Assembly: GCA_038532305.1 (NCBI GenBank)
Contig: JBCBAX010000001.1
Location: 264,795-328,794, forward strand
Length of the DNA stretch: 64,000 nt
Direction: 5' to 3'
Source: Pseudomonadota bacterium
Lineage (GTDB): Bacteria; Pseudomonadota; Alphaproteobacteria; Sphingomonadales; Sphingomonadaceae
Shown one piece after another: positions 47,422-55,706 of the stretch. The position numbers and the translations under genes were made by a program. Position 1 is the first letter of the stretch. Each line of letters starts with the position of its first letter. The notes under the pieces were generated by a model, which did no database searches, was not told where the DNA came from, and was given only the letters and a program-made list of their open reading frames with translations.

Positions 47422-48399
47422 ATGCGCGGATCAATGATGCGCCGTCTTTCTTTGTTGGCTGATCCCATGATTGCAGTGTTGATCATTGCAACAGCAATGG
47501 CGATGGCTTTGCCTGCGATCGGCGAAGCGCGTGAGAGTATGCAGAGCGTATCAAACGCTGCGATTTTTCTGCTTTTCCTAGTCAACGGAATGAGAGTGGC
47601 ACGCGGCGAGATCGCTAAGGGGCTGTCCAATTGGCGTTTCTTTGGACCGCTTGTCCTGTTTGTTTTTGGTTTCATGCCTTTGTCCGGATTGGGCGTTTCG
47701 CTCGTCGCGCACGGTATGCTGGCACCGTTTGTTGCGCTTGGTTTTGTTTTTCTCGGCACTCTGCCTTCAACGATCCAATCGGCCACTTCCTATACCACCC
47801 TTGCCGGAGGCAATGTTGCGCTTTCAGTAGTGGGTGCAGCGCTTATCAATATCGCTGGAGTGTTTGTCTCAGCTCCGTTGTTCGCATTGCTGGCAGGAAC
47901 CGAAGCAGTGACATTTGGCACTGAAACGATTGTTCGCATCGGTTTGATCCTGATCCTACCCTTCGTGATCGGCCAAGCGGTGCAGGGCTGGACACGCGAA
48001 TTTGTGATTGAACGTAAGTCCAAGATAGTTTGGCTAGACAGGATCGTGATTGGGATCGCTGTCTACGTCGCATTTTCTGGGGCAGTTGAGCAGGGATTGC
48101 TTTCCATGTTCAGTCCAAGCGATTGGGGGGTGCTGACCGCATTGTGTCTAGCTTTGCTGGCCGCCGGGTCTTTAGTGGCGTGGAGCATTGCCAAGACCCT
48201 AGGTTTTACAAGGGCAGACAGGATCGCCTTTCTGTTTGCGGGTCCGCAAAAAAGTGTCGCTATCGGAGCACCTTTGGCCGCCATCTTATTCGTCCCTGAG
48301 ATTGCAGGTTTCGTTATCGCCCCGCTTTTGATTTACCACCTGATGCAGTTGGTGATCGCAGCGCCGCTTGCTAGCTGGTTGGCGCGTCACCCGACGTAG
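47422..48399 (+). CDS. Bile acid:sodium symporter (BASS) family transporter
   Basis: 325-aa ORF with about 9 TMs and GTLPSTIQSATSYT and AGPQKSVAIGAP motifs, as in YfeH-like BASS proteins. Confidence 0.7.
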   Translation: MRGSMMRRLSLLADPMIAVLIIATAMAMALPAIGEARESMQSVSNAAIFLLFLVNGMRVARGEIAKGLSNWRFFGPLVLFVFGFMPLSGLGVSLVAHGMLAPFVALGFVFLGTLPSTIQSATSYTTLAGGNVALSVVGAALINIAGVFVSAPLFALLAGTEAVTFGTETIVRIGLILILPFVIGQAVQGWTREFVIERKSKIVWLDRIVIGIAVYVAFSGAVEQGLLSMFSPSDWGVLTALCLALLAAGSLVAWSIAKTLGFTRADRIAFLFAGPQKSVAIGAPLAAILFVPEIAGFVIAPLLIYHLMQLVIAAPLASWLARHPT

Positions 48400-49441
48400 A
48401 ATTCTCGGATCGATTTTGGCGGATCGACCACCAAAGCGACAGCCCGATTAACACCGCTCCGATCAAACCAGTGATGGTTTCTGGGATGTGATAGCGCGCG
48501 GAAACCAGCATGATTATACCGAGTACGATGATCGCCCAGAATGCGCCGTGCTCTAGATAACGGTATTGAGCGAGTGTTCCTGTCTTCACCAAATGGATTG
48601 TCATAGATCTGACGAACATTGCCCCCACCGATAGACCTAGTGCGATGACGATCATATTGTTGGACAGCGCAAATGCGCCGACCACACCATCAAAGCTGAA
48701 GCTTGCATCGAGCACTTCGAGGTAGAGAAAACCGCCGAGACCTGATCGCACAATCTCGCCGGCGGCTTTCTTGCGCGTTTCGCGTTGTTCGATAATTTCG
48801 CCCAGCGCATTGACGCCAATAAAGGTTAGGAGGCCTAGCACTCCGGCTGTCAGAAATGTCAGCGCATCGTCGGCAGACAGCATGGTTGATACGCCATAGA
48901 CTAGCGCCAGAACCAATCCGATTTCGAGAGCGGGCACGCTTGAAAAATTGCTGATCGCGCGTTCAATTGCACCGATCCAGTGGACGTCCTTTTCCTCTTC
49001 GAAAAAGAAGGTGAGGCCGACCATAGCCAGAAATGCACCGCCAAATCCGGCAATTCCAATATGTGCGCCTGAGACAAGCCGTTCGTATTCTTGCGGGTCA
49101 TTGAGAGACAAATCTATGGCATCCCACGGGCCGATATTTGCCGCGATAGAGACTATCGCAATGGGGAAGACTATTCGCATTCCAAATACAGCGATGAGGA
49201 TGCCAATGGTCAAAAAACGCTGCTGCCAAACAGGGTCCATCTCCCGGAGGACGGTCGCATTCACCACTGCGTTGTCAAAGCTTAAAGAGACTTCAAGGAT
49301 CGACAATACGATGACGATCCAAAGAAGTGATAGCGTGCCTGTTAGCGTGCCAGTGCTTTCCCAGCCATACCAGGCAGCAAGGCCAAAACACACAGCCGTA
49401 AAGCCTAGCGAGAAGGTGTAATAACGCAGCAGCGTTTGCAT
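48371..49441 (-). CDS. DUF475/TerC-like integral membrane protein
   Basis: 356-aa multi-TM ORF with duplicated SFDNAV / SFSFDGVVGAFA motifs typical of DUF475. Convergent 29-nt overlap with the BASS gene. Confidence 0.7.
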   Translation of the reverse strand: MQTLLRYYTFSLGFTAVCFGLAAWYGWESTGTLTGTLSLLWIVIVLSILEVSLSFDNAVVNATVLREMDPVWQQRFLTIGILIAVFGMRIVFPIAIVSIAANIGPWDAIDLSLNDPQEYERLVSGAHIGIAGFGGAFLAMVGLTFFFEEEKDVHWIGAIERAISNFSSVPALEIGLVLALVYGVSTMLSADDALTFLTAGVLGLLTFIGVNALGEIIEQRETRKKAAGEIVRSGLGGFLYLEVLDASFSFDGVVGAFALSNNMIVIALGLSVGAMFVRSMTIHLVKTGTLAQYRYLEHGAFWAIIVLGIIMLVSARYHIPETITGLIGAVLIGLSLWWSIRQNRSENSTSGDAPTS

Positions 49442-49468
49442 CAGGATTTGGCCTTGATTGTAGGGTGG

Positions 49469-50341
49469 TCAGCTTTTGGGCTGATAGGTTTGCTCTTCAC
49501 TTGGGAACGTGCGATCTCGGACTTCTTTGGCATAGGTCGCAACGGTCTTGTCGATCACGCCTGCTATATCCTCATAGCGCTTGACGAAGCGCGGGACACG
49601 TTCAAACATTCCGAGCATATCTTCGGTCACGAGAACCTGCCCATCGCACTGGACTGAGGCTCCGATGCCGATAGTAGGGCAGGACACAGCCTTGGTGGCG
49701 GTGATGGCAATTGGCTCGACGACGCCTTCGATTACGATCGCAAACGCCCCGGCTTTATCCAGAGCGATTGCATCGCCAACTATCTTGTCTGCTTCATTGT
49801 CTGAACGGCCGCGCGCTGCGTATCCGCCAAGTACATTTACTGCCTGCGGGGTCAGACCAACATGACCCATGACAGGTATGCCGCGCATGTTCAGAAATTC
49901 AATGGTTTCTGCCATCGCTTCGCCGCCCTCAAGTTTAACCGCAGCAGCGCCGGTCTTTTTTAGCAGAAAGGACGCGCTTTCAAATGCCTGTTCAGGGGAC
50001 GCTTCGTACGAGCCAAAAGGCATATCAACCACGACGACCGAATGGTAAGATCCTCGGACAACGGCTGCGCCATGGTTTGCCATCATTTCCAAGGAGACAG
50101 GAATGGTTGAATCAAGACCATAAATAACCTGTCCCAAAGAATCCCCGACCAATAACAGATCGCAATGCGCATCCAGCAATTGCGCCTGACGCGCGGTGTA
50201 GGCAGTTAGCATGACCAAAGGTTCTGCCGTTACGCCGTTTTTCTTGCGAGCTCTGACGCGCGGGACGGTAAGACGTTTGCGCGGTTTGGGCGTGGGCGTT
50301 GCTCTGCTGGTGCTTGTATCAAGCTGAAATGTGGTGGACAT
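49469..50341 (-). CDS. panB: 3-methyl-2-oxobutanoate hydroxymethyltransferase
   Basis: Contains MLTAYTARQAQLLD.., LLVGDSLGQV, VKLEGG and GHVGLTPQ. The start is taken at MSTTFQ (50341). Confidence 0.9.
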   Translation of the reverse strand: MSTTFQLDTSTSRATPTPKPRKRLTVPRVRARKKNGVTAEPLVMLTAYTARQAQLLDAHCDLLLVGDSLGQVIYGLDSTIPVSLEMMANHGAAVVRGSYHSVVVVDMPFGSYEASPEQAFESASFLLKKTGAAAVKLEGGEAMAETIEFLNMRGIPVMGHVGLTPQAVNVLGGYAARGRSDNEADKIVGDAIALDKAGAFAIVIEGVVEPIAITATKAVSCPTIGIGASVQCDGQVLVTEDMLGMFERVPRFVKRYEDIAGVIDKTVATYAKEVRDRTFPSEEQTYQPKS

Positions 50342-50482
50342 GCGTGAGCGTTTAGCGACGAGTGTGTGTAAAGGCAAAGAGTGAGCGTGCATTCGCTCTT
50401 GGCGTGAGTGTACTTTTCTTGCAGGAAGGCGAGGTAAGTGATTGCGCGTAGGGACGCGTCGCAAGAGGGATGGTTTTCAAAC

Positions 50483-51916
50483 ATGGTAGCATCAACGAGT
50501 TCGTCAACGCGTGAAGGCTGGTCTTCGCGTAGTGCGTTTATTCTTGCGGCAGTTGGCGCTGCGGTTGGTTTGGGCAATGTTTGGCGGTTCCCCACCTTGG
50601 CTGGGGAGAATGGCGGCGGTGCGTTCGTGCTGTTTTATGTGGCCTGTGTTTTTCTGCTTGGGCTTCCCCTTGTAATCTCTGAGATTTTTCTGGGGCGCAC
50701 AGGCCAGGATGATGCCGTTGGTTCGATCCGGAAAGTTGCTGAAAAATCAGGGGCTTCATCAAGTTGGTCCTTGTTTGGATTGATGGGGGTGATTGCCGCT
50801 TTCTTGATCGTTTCCTTCTATTCAGTCGTCGCGGGATGGGTGCTGTATTACGCCGGAGTTATGGGCGGCGATTTTGTAAGTGCGCTTCTCGCCGGTGATC
50901 CCTTTCGCGGGGCATTGGTTGGAGAAAGCCAGGAAACCATTCAGGGGCGGATGGGTGATTTGTTTGGTAATCCACTGCTGCTTTTATCAATGCACTTTGC
51001 GTTTATGGGAGTGACCTTGTTCATTGTCGCGCGCGGTATCGGTTCTGGCATTGAAACTGCGGCGACTGTTTTGATGCCAATGTTTTTTGTGCTGCTGGTT
51101 TGCATCACAATTTACGGCGCTTTCGTAGGCAATATGGGTGATGCCATCGCATTTCTGTTCACCCCTGATTGGTCAAAGTTGAGCCCGCAGGTGATGAACA
51201 CGGCGCTGGGTCAGGCGCTATTTTCCTTATCCTTGGGTGTGGCAGGACTGATCACTTACGGTTCGTATATTAAAGGGTCTGGCGGTCTTGGGCCGACGTC
51301 TGTGACAATCGCTTTTGCCGATACAGGAGTAGCGCTGCTGGCCGGGATGATGATTTTCCCGATTGTGTTTGCGGTGGGTCTTGATCCGGCTGCCGGTCCT
51401 ACCTTGGTATTCCAGACATTGCCGTTCGCGTTCCAGACTATGCCAGCGGGCGCACTGATCGGGTTCTTGTTTTTTGTTTTGATCTTAGTGGCTGCTGTGA
51501 CGAGCTCCATCTCGCTGCTTGAGGTGCCTACTGCTTGGGGAATTGGCGAGTTGGGCTGGAGCCGGACAAAATCCTCGCTGGTTTTTGGTGGGTGTGCGTT
51601 CTTAATCGGGATTGCTTGTTTGCTTGGCTATAATGTGTGGTCGGATGTTCGTTTGCTGGGCTTTTGGTCCTTGTTTGCGGAGACTGATATCCTCGACACG
51701 GTGGACGGCTTTACCGGCAAAGTTATGCTTCCATTGGGTGCGTTCTTCACTGCGATATTTGTAGGCTGGCGCGCTGATCGCAGGTTGGTTGAAGAAAAGA
51801 CAGGATTGTCTGGCTTCTGGCTAGCCGTTTGGCGTTTCCTGATTGCGTGGTTGTGCCCGCTTGCTGTGGGAACGATCCTTGTGACGGGGCTGTTTCCGCA
51901 GATTTTGGGCGGCTAA
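50483..51916 (+). CDS. Sodium-dependent transporter, SNF/NSS family
   Basis: Hallmark AAVGAAVGLGNVWRFP near the N-terminus and about 12 TMs. The start is taken at MVAST (50483). Confidence 0.85.
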   Translation: MVASTSSSTREGWSSRSAFILAAVGAAVGLGNVWRFPTLAGENGGGAFVLFYVACVFLLGLPLVISEIFLGRTGQDDAVGSIRKVAEKSGASSSWSLFGLMGVIAAFLIVSFYSVVAGWVLYYAGVMGGDFVSALLAGDPFRGALVGESQETIQGRMGDLFGNPLLLLSMHFAFMGVTLFIVARGIGSGIETAATVLMPMFFVLLVCITIYGAFVGNMGDAIAFLFTPDWSKLSPQVMNTALGQALFSLSLGVAGLITYGSYIKGSGGLGPTSVTIAFADTGVALLAGMMIFPIVFAVGLDPAAGPTLVFQTLPFAFQTMPAGALIGFLFFVLILVAAVTSSISLLEVPTAWGIGELGWSRTKSSLVFGGCAFLIGIACLLGYNVWSDVRLLGFWSLFAETDILDTVDGFTGKVMLPLGAFFTAIFVGWRADRRLVEEKTGLSGFWLAVWRFLIAWLCPLAVGTILVTGLFPQILGG

Positions 51917-51923
51917 TTCTCGC

Positions 51924-51969
51924 AAGCGATTGCAGTTCCCACACGAGGGATTGCAATCGCTTCTTTATT
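51924..51969 (+). terminator. Hairpin plus T-tract after the SNF transporter gene
   Basis: aagcgattgca (51924-51934) pairs with tgcaatcgctt (51952-51962) across a 17-nt loop, followed by ctttatt. Confidence 0.5.
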
Positions 51970-51972
51970 GTG

Positions 51973-51987
51973 GAACATAATAGGAAC
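51973..51987 (+). promoter_or_regulatory. LexA (SOS) box, GAAC-N7-GAAC, upstream of imuA
   Basis: gaacataataggaac sits 35 nt upstream of the imuA ATG (52022) and matches the alphaproteobacterial direct-repeat LexA operator GTTC-N7-GTTC (read on the complement). Confidence 0.7.
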
Positions 51988-52021
51988 AAATGGGGCTTAT
52001 ACGAGTCTCTGTCGTGTTCCT

Positions 52022-52951
52022 ATGCCAGATTTAGCTTCCTCCTCCAGCGCGCAGGCGCTCCCTTCTTTTGCCTCTGCTACTCGCTCCAAACGCGGGGCTG
52101 CTGTTGCGTACCCTTCGTCTGAAGAGATCGCCACACTTTTCAAATTGCGAGAGACGCGATGGCGACCAGGGCTTGGCGATCAGCCAAAGCATAGCGAGAT
52201 TTTTGCTGACACTGGCAATGCAAGCGGGGTGGGAGTTGCGTTCGCTCTAGCAAGTGATTTCCTGCAAACTACGCAGTGCGATGATAACCCGCTTGTTGAA
52301 AGTGAGGACCGCCGGCAAATCCTGTGGGTGCAGGAAACGCGTGCCATCCAACGCAGCGGGAGGCCTTACTTGCATGGCTTACCAAGTAAGTGGCAGGGGC
52401 GGCTAATCCATGCTGAAGCCAAGAGTGCGCAGGATGCTCTGTTTGCTCTTGAGGAAGGGCTGAAATGTCGTGATCTGGCATGCGTGGTCGGAGAGATTGT
52501 GGGCAATCCGCGCAGTCTTGATTTCACTGCCTCACGCCGACTCAGTCTGACAGCGGAAAAGCATGGCGTGCCTTTATGGTTGGTGCGACTTGATGCAGAG
52601 GTTGACCTCTCCTCGGCCCGGATGCGCTGGCATGTGGAAAGTGCGCCATCAGAGAACCCGGATTGGAACCGTGCGGCGCCCGGAAGTCCGCAATGGAAAG
52701 CTGAACTGTTCCGTGCCCGTGCGCATCCGCCTGGGAAATGGATTTTTTCTCATGACAACAAAGCTCTCAAAGCTCGAAAACCTGACACGCAGCTCACAAC
52801 ACAAAATGTCTTTAAAGGCGGACTTGGAAAAGCGCTCGCCAGAAAGCACCGGCACGGCTCCAGAATTAGCGGCTCCTCAAGCGCGGCGGATACTGGCTAT
52901 TTGGTTCGCACAACTGTCGGTCGATCGCTGGCGGCTGCTGCAGGATTGTGA
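52022..52951 (+). CDS. imuA: ImuA-like SOS mutagenesis protein (C-terminus possibly frame-extended)
   Basis: Sits directly behind the SOS box and before imuB. The pattern ..ILWVQE.., ..LACVVGEI.., ..HGVPLWLVR.. and ..RMRWHVESAP..W.AELFRARA..GKW resembles alphaproteobacterial ImuA. The last ~66 codons overlap imuB out of frame. Confidence 0.65.
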   Translation: MPDLASSSSAQALPSFASATRSKRGAAVAYPSSEEIATLFKLRETRWRPGLGDQPKHSEIFADTGNASGVGVAFALASDFLQTTQCDDNPLVESEDRRQILWVQETRAIQRSGRPYLHGLPSKWQGRLIHAEAKSAQDALFALEEGLKCRDLACVVGEIVGNPRSLDFTASRRLSLTAEKHGVPLWLVRLDAEVDLSSARMRWHVESAPSENPDWNRAAPGSPQWKAELFRARAHPPGKWIFSHDNKALKARKPDTQLTTQNVFKGGLGKALARKHRHGSRISGSSSAADTGYLVRTTVGRSLAAAAGL

Positions 52952-54473
52952 TGTAGGGGAGGGCGCAGACAGCCTTCCCACCGCGCTAATCACTGAAACC
53001 GCCCATGGTCCGAGGGTTGAGGCTGTCAATCATGCGGGACACACAGCAGGCGCCCGTTCTGGCATGATGTTGGCCGATGCTCGCACGCTGTGCCCATCTA
53101 TCCAGACTGCTCCTGCGGACCCTGCAGGTGATCTTGCGATGTTGGAGAAATTGGCACTTTGGGCGCAGCGCTGGGGCCCGTGGAGCGCTCTTGATCCGCC
53201 TGATGGAGTGTTGGTCGATATCACCGCAGCGGCGCATTTATTCGGCGGTGAAGATCGGCTTATACATGACGTCGCCGTGGCTTTTGCGCGCCGTAAACTC
53301 AAAGTCCGCGCAGCTATTGCGCCAACAGCAGGGGCAGCGTGGGCGCTTGCGCATTTTGGGCCTCAGCAAAGCATTATTCCCCCTTTGGCAGGCGAGGAAA
53401 AGGTTATGCGCGCTTTGGCCGATTTGCCTGTGGCCGCTCTCAGGCTGGATGCAAATGTCCTGACTGTCTTGCGGCGCCTTGGGCTGAAACGTCTTGAAGA
53501 TCTTGGCAATGTGCTGCGCGGGGGAACCGAGCGTAGCGAAGCTGGTGCGCGTGATGCTTTTCATCGCCGGTTTCGCAATCGCAAATCGCCAGCGGCCAAT
53601 CCACTTATCCGACTTGATCAATTGCTTGGTAAAGTGCCTGAGCCTCTGCTTCCTGTTGTTCCGCATATCTTGCCAATGGTGCAGCGCCGTCTGGCAGAAC
53701 CCATTCGCCATCGCAGCCTGCTGGATAAAGTGCTCGAAGATCTTTGCGAGGATATGCAGCGCGAATTGGAAGCGCGTGGGGAGGGCGCGCGGCGGCTTGA
53801 ATTGGGGCTTTGGCGTGTTGATGGAGAAGTCATTACGCGGAGTTTGGAACTGGCCGCTTCCACGCGCGCGCCCGATCACATCATCCGCTTATTTGCGAAC
53901 AAGCTTGAAGATATTGATGCAGGTTTTGGGATTGAGACTGTGCGTCTGCGAGCCAGTTGGACAGAGCAGCTGGCGCTTAGCCAAGATGATGTCGAGGCGG
54001 CTGCACACAATCATGGAACGTCACTTGCCGCTTGTATTGACCGTCTGACAGTGCGGCTTGGCGCGGCTGCAGTTCGCCGTCCGGTTGGCCGCGCAAGTCA
54101 TTTGCCTGAACGCGCACAGATTTGGCAGGCACCGCTTGATCCTGTCCCTCCATCTACATCTGGACCTACCAAACCGTCGAATAGGCCTCTCAAAGTACTA
54201 GATACTCCCGAACAGATCGCTGTGCTTTATGCCTCGCCTGATGGTTATCCGCAGCGCTTTCGTTGGCGCGGGGATGTCCGCGATGTGGTTCGTGTTGAAG
54301 GGCCAGAGCGGATCGCACCAGAATGGTGGCGAGAGAAATCCACAGTGCGCCTGCGTGATTATTATCGGATCGAGGATAGCAAAGGACAGCGATACTGGAT
54401 TTACCGGCATGGCCTTACAGGGGATGGGCGCGGCGGTGTGCCTTCATGGTATTTGCAAGGCCTTTCCGCGTAA
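52752..54473 (+). CDS. imuB: ImuB, Y-family polymerase-like mutasome subunit
   Basis: Has ..RRILAIWFAQLSVDRW.. in place of the catalytic DxD of DinB, plus Y-family palm/fingers-like regions and a C-terminal ..RLRDYYRIEDSKGQRYWIYR.. tail typical of ImuB. The start is ATG 52752 (or 52806). Confidence 0.8.
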   Translation: MTTKLSKLENLTRSSQHKMSLKADLEKRSPESTGTAPELAAPQARRILAIWFAQLSVDRWRLLQDCDVGEGADSLPTALITETAHGPRVEAVNHAGHTAGARSGMMLADARTLCPSIQTAPADPAGDLAMLEKLALWAQRWGPWSALDPPDGVLVDITAAAHLFGGEDRLIHDVAVAFARRKLKVRAAIAPTAGAAWALAHFGPQQSIIPPLAGEEKVMRALADLPVAALRLDANVLTVLRRLGLKRLEDLGNVLRGGTERSEAGARDAFHRRFRNRKSPAANPLIRLDQLLGKVPEPLLPVVPHILPMVQRRLAEPIRHRSLLDKVLEDLCEDMQRELEARGEGARRLELGLWRVDGEVITRSLELAASTRAPDHIIRLFANKLEDIDAGFGIETVRLRASWTEQLALSQDDVEAAAHNHGTSLAACIDRLTVRLGAAAVRRPVGRASHLPERAQIWQAPLDPVPPSTSGPTKPSNRPLKVLDTPEQIAVLYASPDGYPQRFRWRGDVRDVVRVEGPERIAPEWWREKSTVRLRDYYRIEDSKGQRYWIYRHGLTGDGRGGVPSWYLQGLSA

Positions 54474-54534
54474 GCAGCGGCGGCAAATACAATCTGCTTA
54501 ACTTTCATTTACCATTTCGTGTCATACGCAAGGC

Positions 54535-54873
54535 ATGAACATGCAGTCGATACCTCGCTCTGAAGAACGTCACCCACTTAGCCTGATGGTTAAAAGTAGG
54601 GTGCAGTCGCGCGTCGTGTATGTCGATCTTATCGATATTTCCGAACGTGGTTGTAAAGTTAGGGGCAGTGCAGGATTCGCCAAAATTGGTGACCGCATTT
54701 TGATCAAAGTGGGGGCAGTCAACGCTCCACTTGGCACAGTTGCTTGGGTCGACGGCAAATATGCTGGAGTCTCTTTTGAAGGAGAAATCCACCCAGGCGT
54801 ACTCGACCATCTGCGCACAACTCAAGGCGGGCGTTTGGAAGCGGACGCTGAGGACGAACAGCGCAAAGTCTGA
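54535..54873 (+). CDS. PilZ-domain protein
   Basis: 112-aa ORF with an RxxxR motif (RSEER) and a D-x-S-x-x-G motif (DISERG) spaced as in c-di-GMP-binding PilZ domains. Confidence 0.7.
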   Translation: MNMQSIPRSEERHPLSLMVKSRVQSRVVYVDLIDISERGCKVRGSAGFAKIGDRILIKVGAVNAPLGTVAWVDGKYAGVSFEGEIHPGVLDHLRTTQGGRLEADAEDEQRKV

Positions 54874-54891
54874 CTTTGTGTCCAGTCTGGC

Positions 54892-54930
54892 AAAAAAGCC
54901 GCCACCTGCAGATGAGGTGACGGCTTTCTC
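54892..54930. terminator. Bidirectional rho-independent terminator
   Basis: caaaaaAAGCCGCCACCTgcagatgAGGTGACGGCTTtctc. The 12-bp stem has 1 mismatch and is flanked by an A-run and a T-rich run, between convergent genes. Confidence 0.65.
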
Positions 54931-54945
54931 TAAATGAGTTCAGAG

Positions 54946-55515
54946 TTAGCTCGGATTGTAAGGCAGTGAGCTGTGGTGAAGGACGATTTTGAGATCGCCG
55001 TTTTCATCCTTTTCGTAAGCGAATGAATATTCAACTTTGGTCACACCACCATCGGTGTCGGTGAACATGTAATTGCCCATTGCAACGGCCATGTCGCCGC
55101 TTTCTGAGATCAAGGTGCCGTTATTGTCCCACTCAACTTTGGTGTAAGGCTTGATCGCAAAGCCGCCATCTTCTGTGCCTTCTGTGCCAACGAAGTAGCT
55201 CAGAGCTTCTGCGGTTGTTTCACGGAACTGATCTTCTGCTGCAAGAGTAGGCTTGAACAGGATTGTTGCATCATCGCCGTAAGCATAATGCGTCGCGATG
55301 TGTTCGCCAGCGCGGCCGCTGTAATCGCCTTCAGCGGTGAAAACTTCACCAATGGCGACAATGCCTTCGCCCCAAGCTTGCTGGGCAGCGTCCACTTCTT
55401 CGGCAGTGATCGGGCTTGTGCTTTCAGCATCAGTTGAAGCGGCTTCTGTTCCGCTGCACGCAGCCAAAGCCAATGCGCTGGCACCAAGAATCGAAGCAGT
55501 TACAGTCTTATTCAC
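54946..55515 (-). CDS. Acidic lipoprotein, hypothetical
   Basis: Lipobox signal MNKTVTASILGASALALAACSG, with a mature part rich in Asp/Glu/Thr. No family recognised with confidence. Confidence 0.55.
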   Translation of the reverse strand: MNKTVTASILGASALALAACSGTEAASTDAESTSPITAEEVDAAQQAWGEGIVAIGEVFTAEGDYSGRAGEHIATHYAYGDDATILFKPTLAAEDQFRETTAEALSYFVGTEGTEDGGFAIKPYTKVEWDNNGTLISESGDMAVAMGNYMFTDTDGGVTKVEYSFAYEKDENGDLKIVLHHSSLPYNPS

Positions 55516-55678
55516 GCGTATTCTCCTCAGAACGCCTAATTGCGCCTTTTCGTTTTTGCTGAGGCGTAAATACGAGGGACTTGAGAGACGGTGTAGTCAC
55601 TGCCCGGCATAGGCTGAGTGGCGTATGCCGTCTTCGATGGCAGCGTTGCACTCTTTGCATTTGGCAATTCCAACTATG

Positions 55679-55693
55679 GAACATATAAAGAAC
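55679..55693 (+). promoter_or_regulatory. LexA (SOS) box, GAAC-N7-GAAC, upstream of the radical-SAM gene
   Basis: gaacatataaagaac sits 14 nt upstream of ATG 55707. The extended 20-mer 55677-55696 matches 51971-51990 at 17 of 20 positions. Confidence 0.7.
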
Positions 55694-55706
55694 AAAAAGG
55701 TGCTCC

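Noticed and set aside
47720-47735. Sigma-54-like TGGCAC..TTGC motif (tggcaccgtttgttgc), of interest because PrsR is a sigma-54 activator.
   Set aside because: The GG-to-GC spacing is one nucleotide too long, and the site lies inside the BASS transporter coding sequence in the sense orientation.
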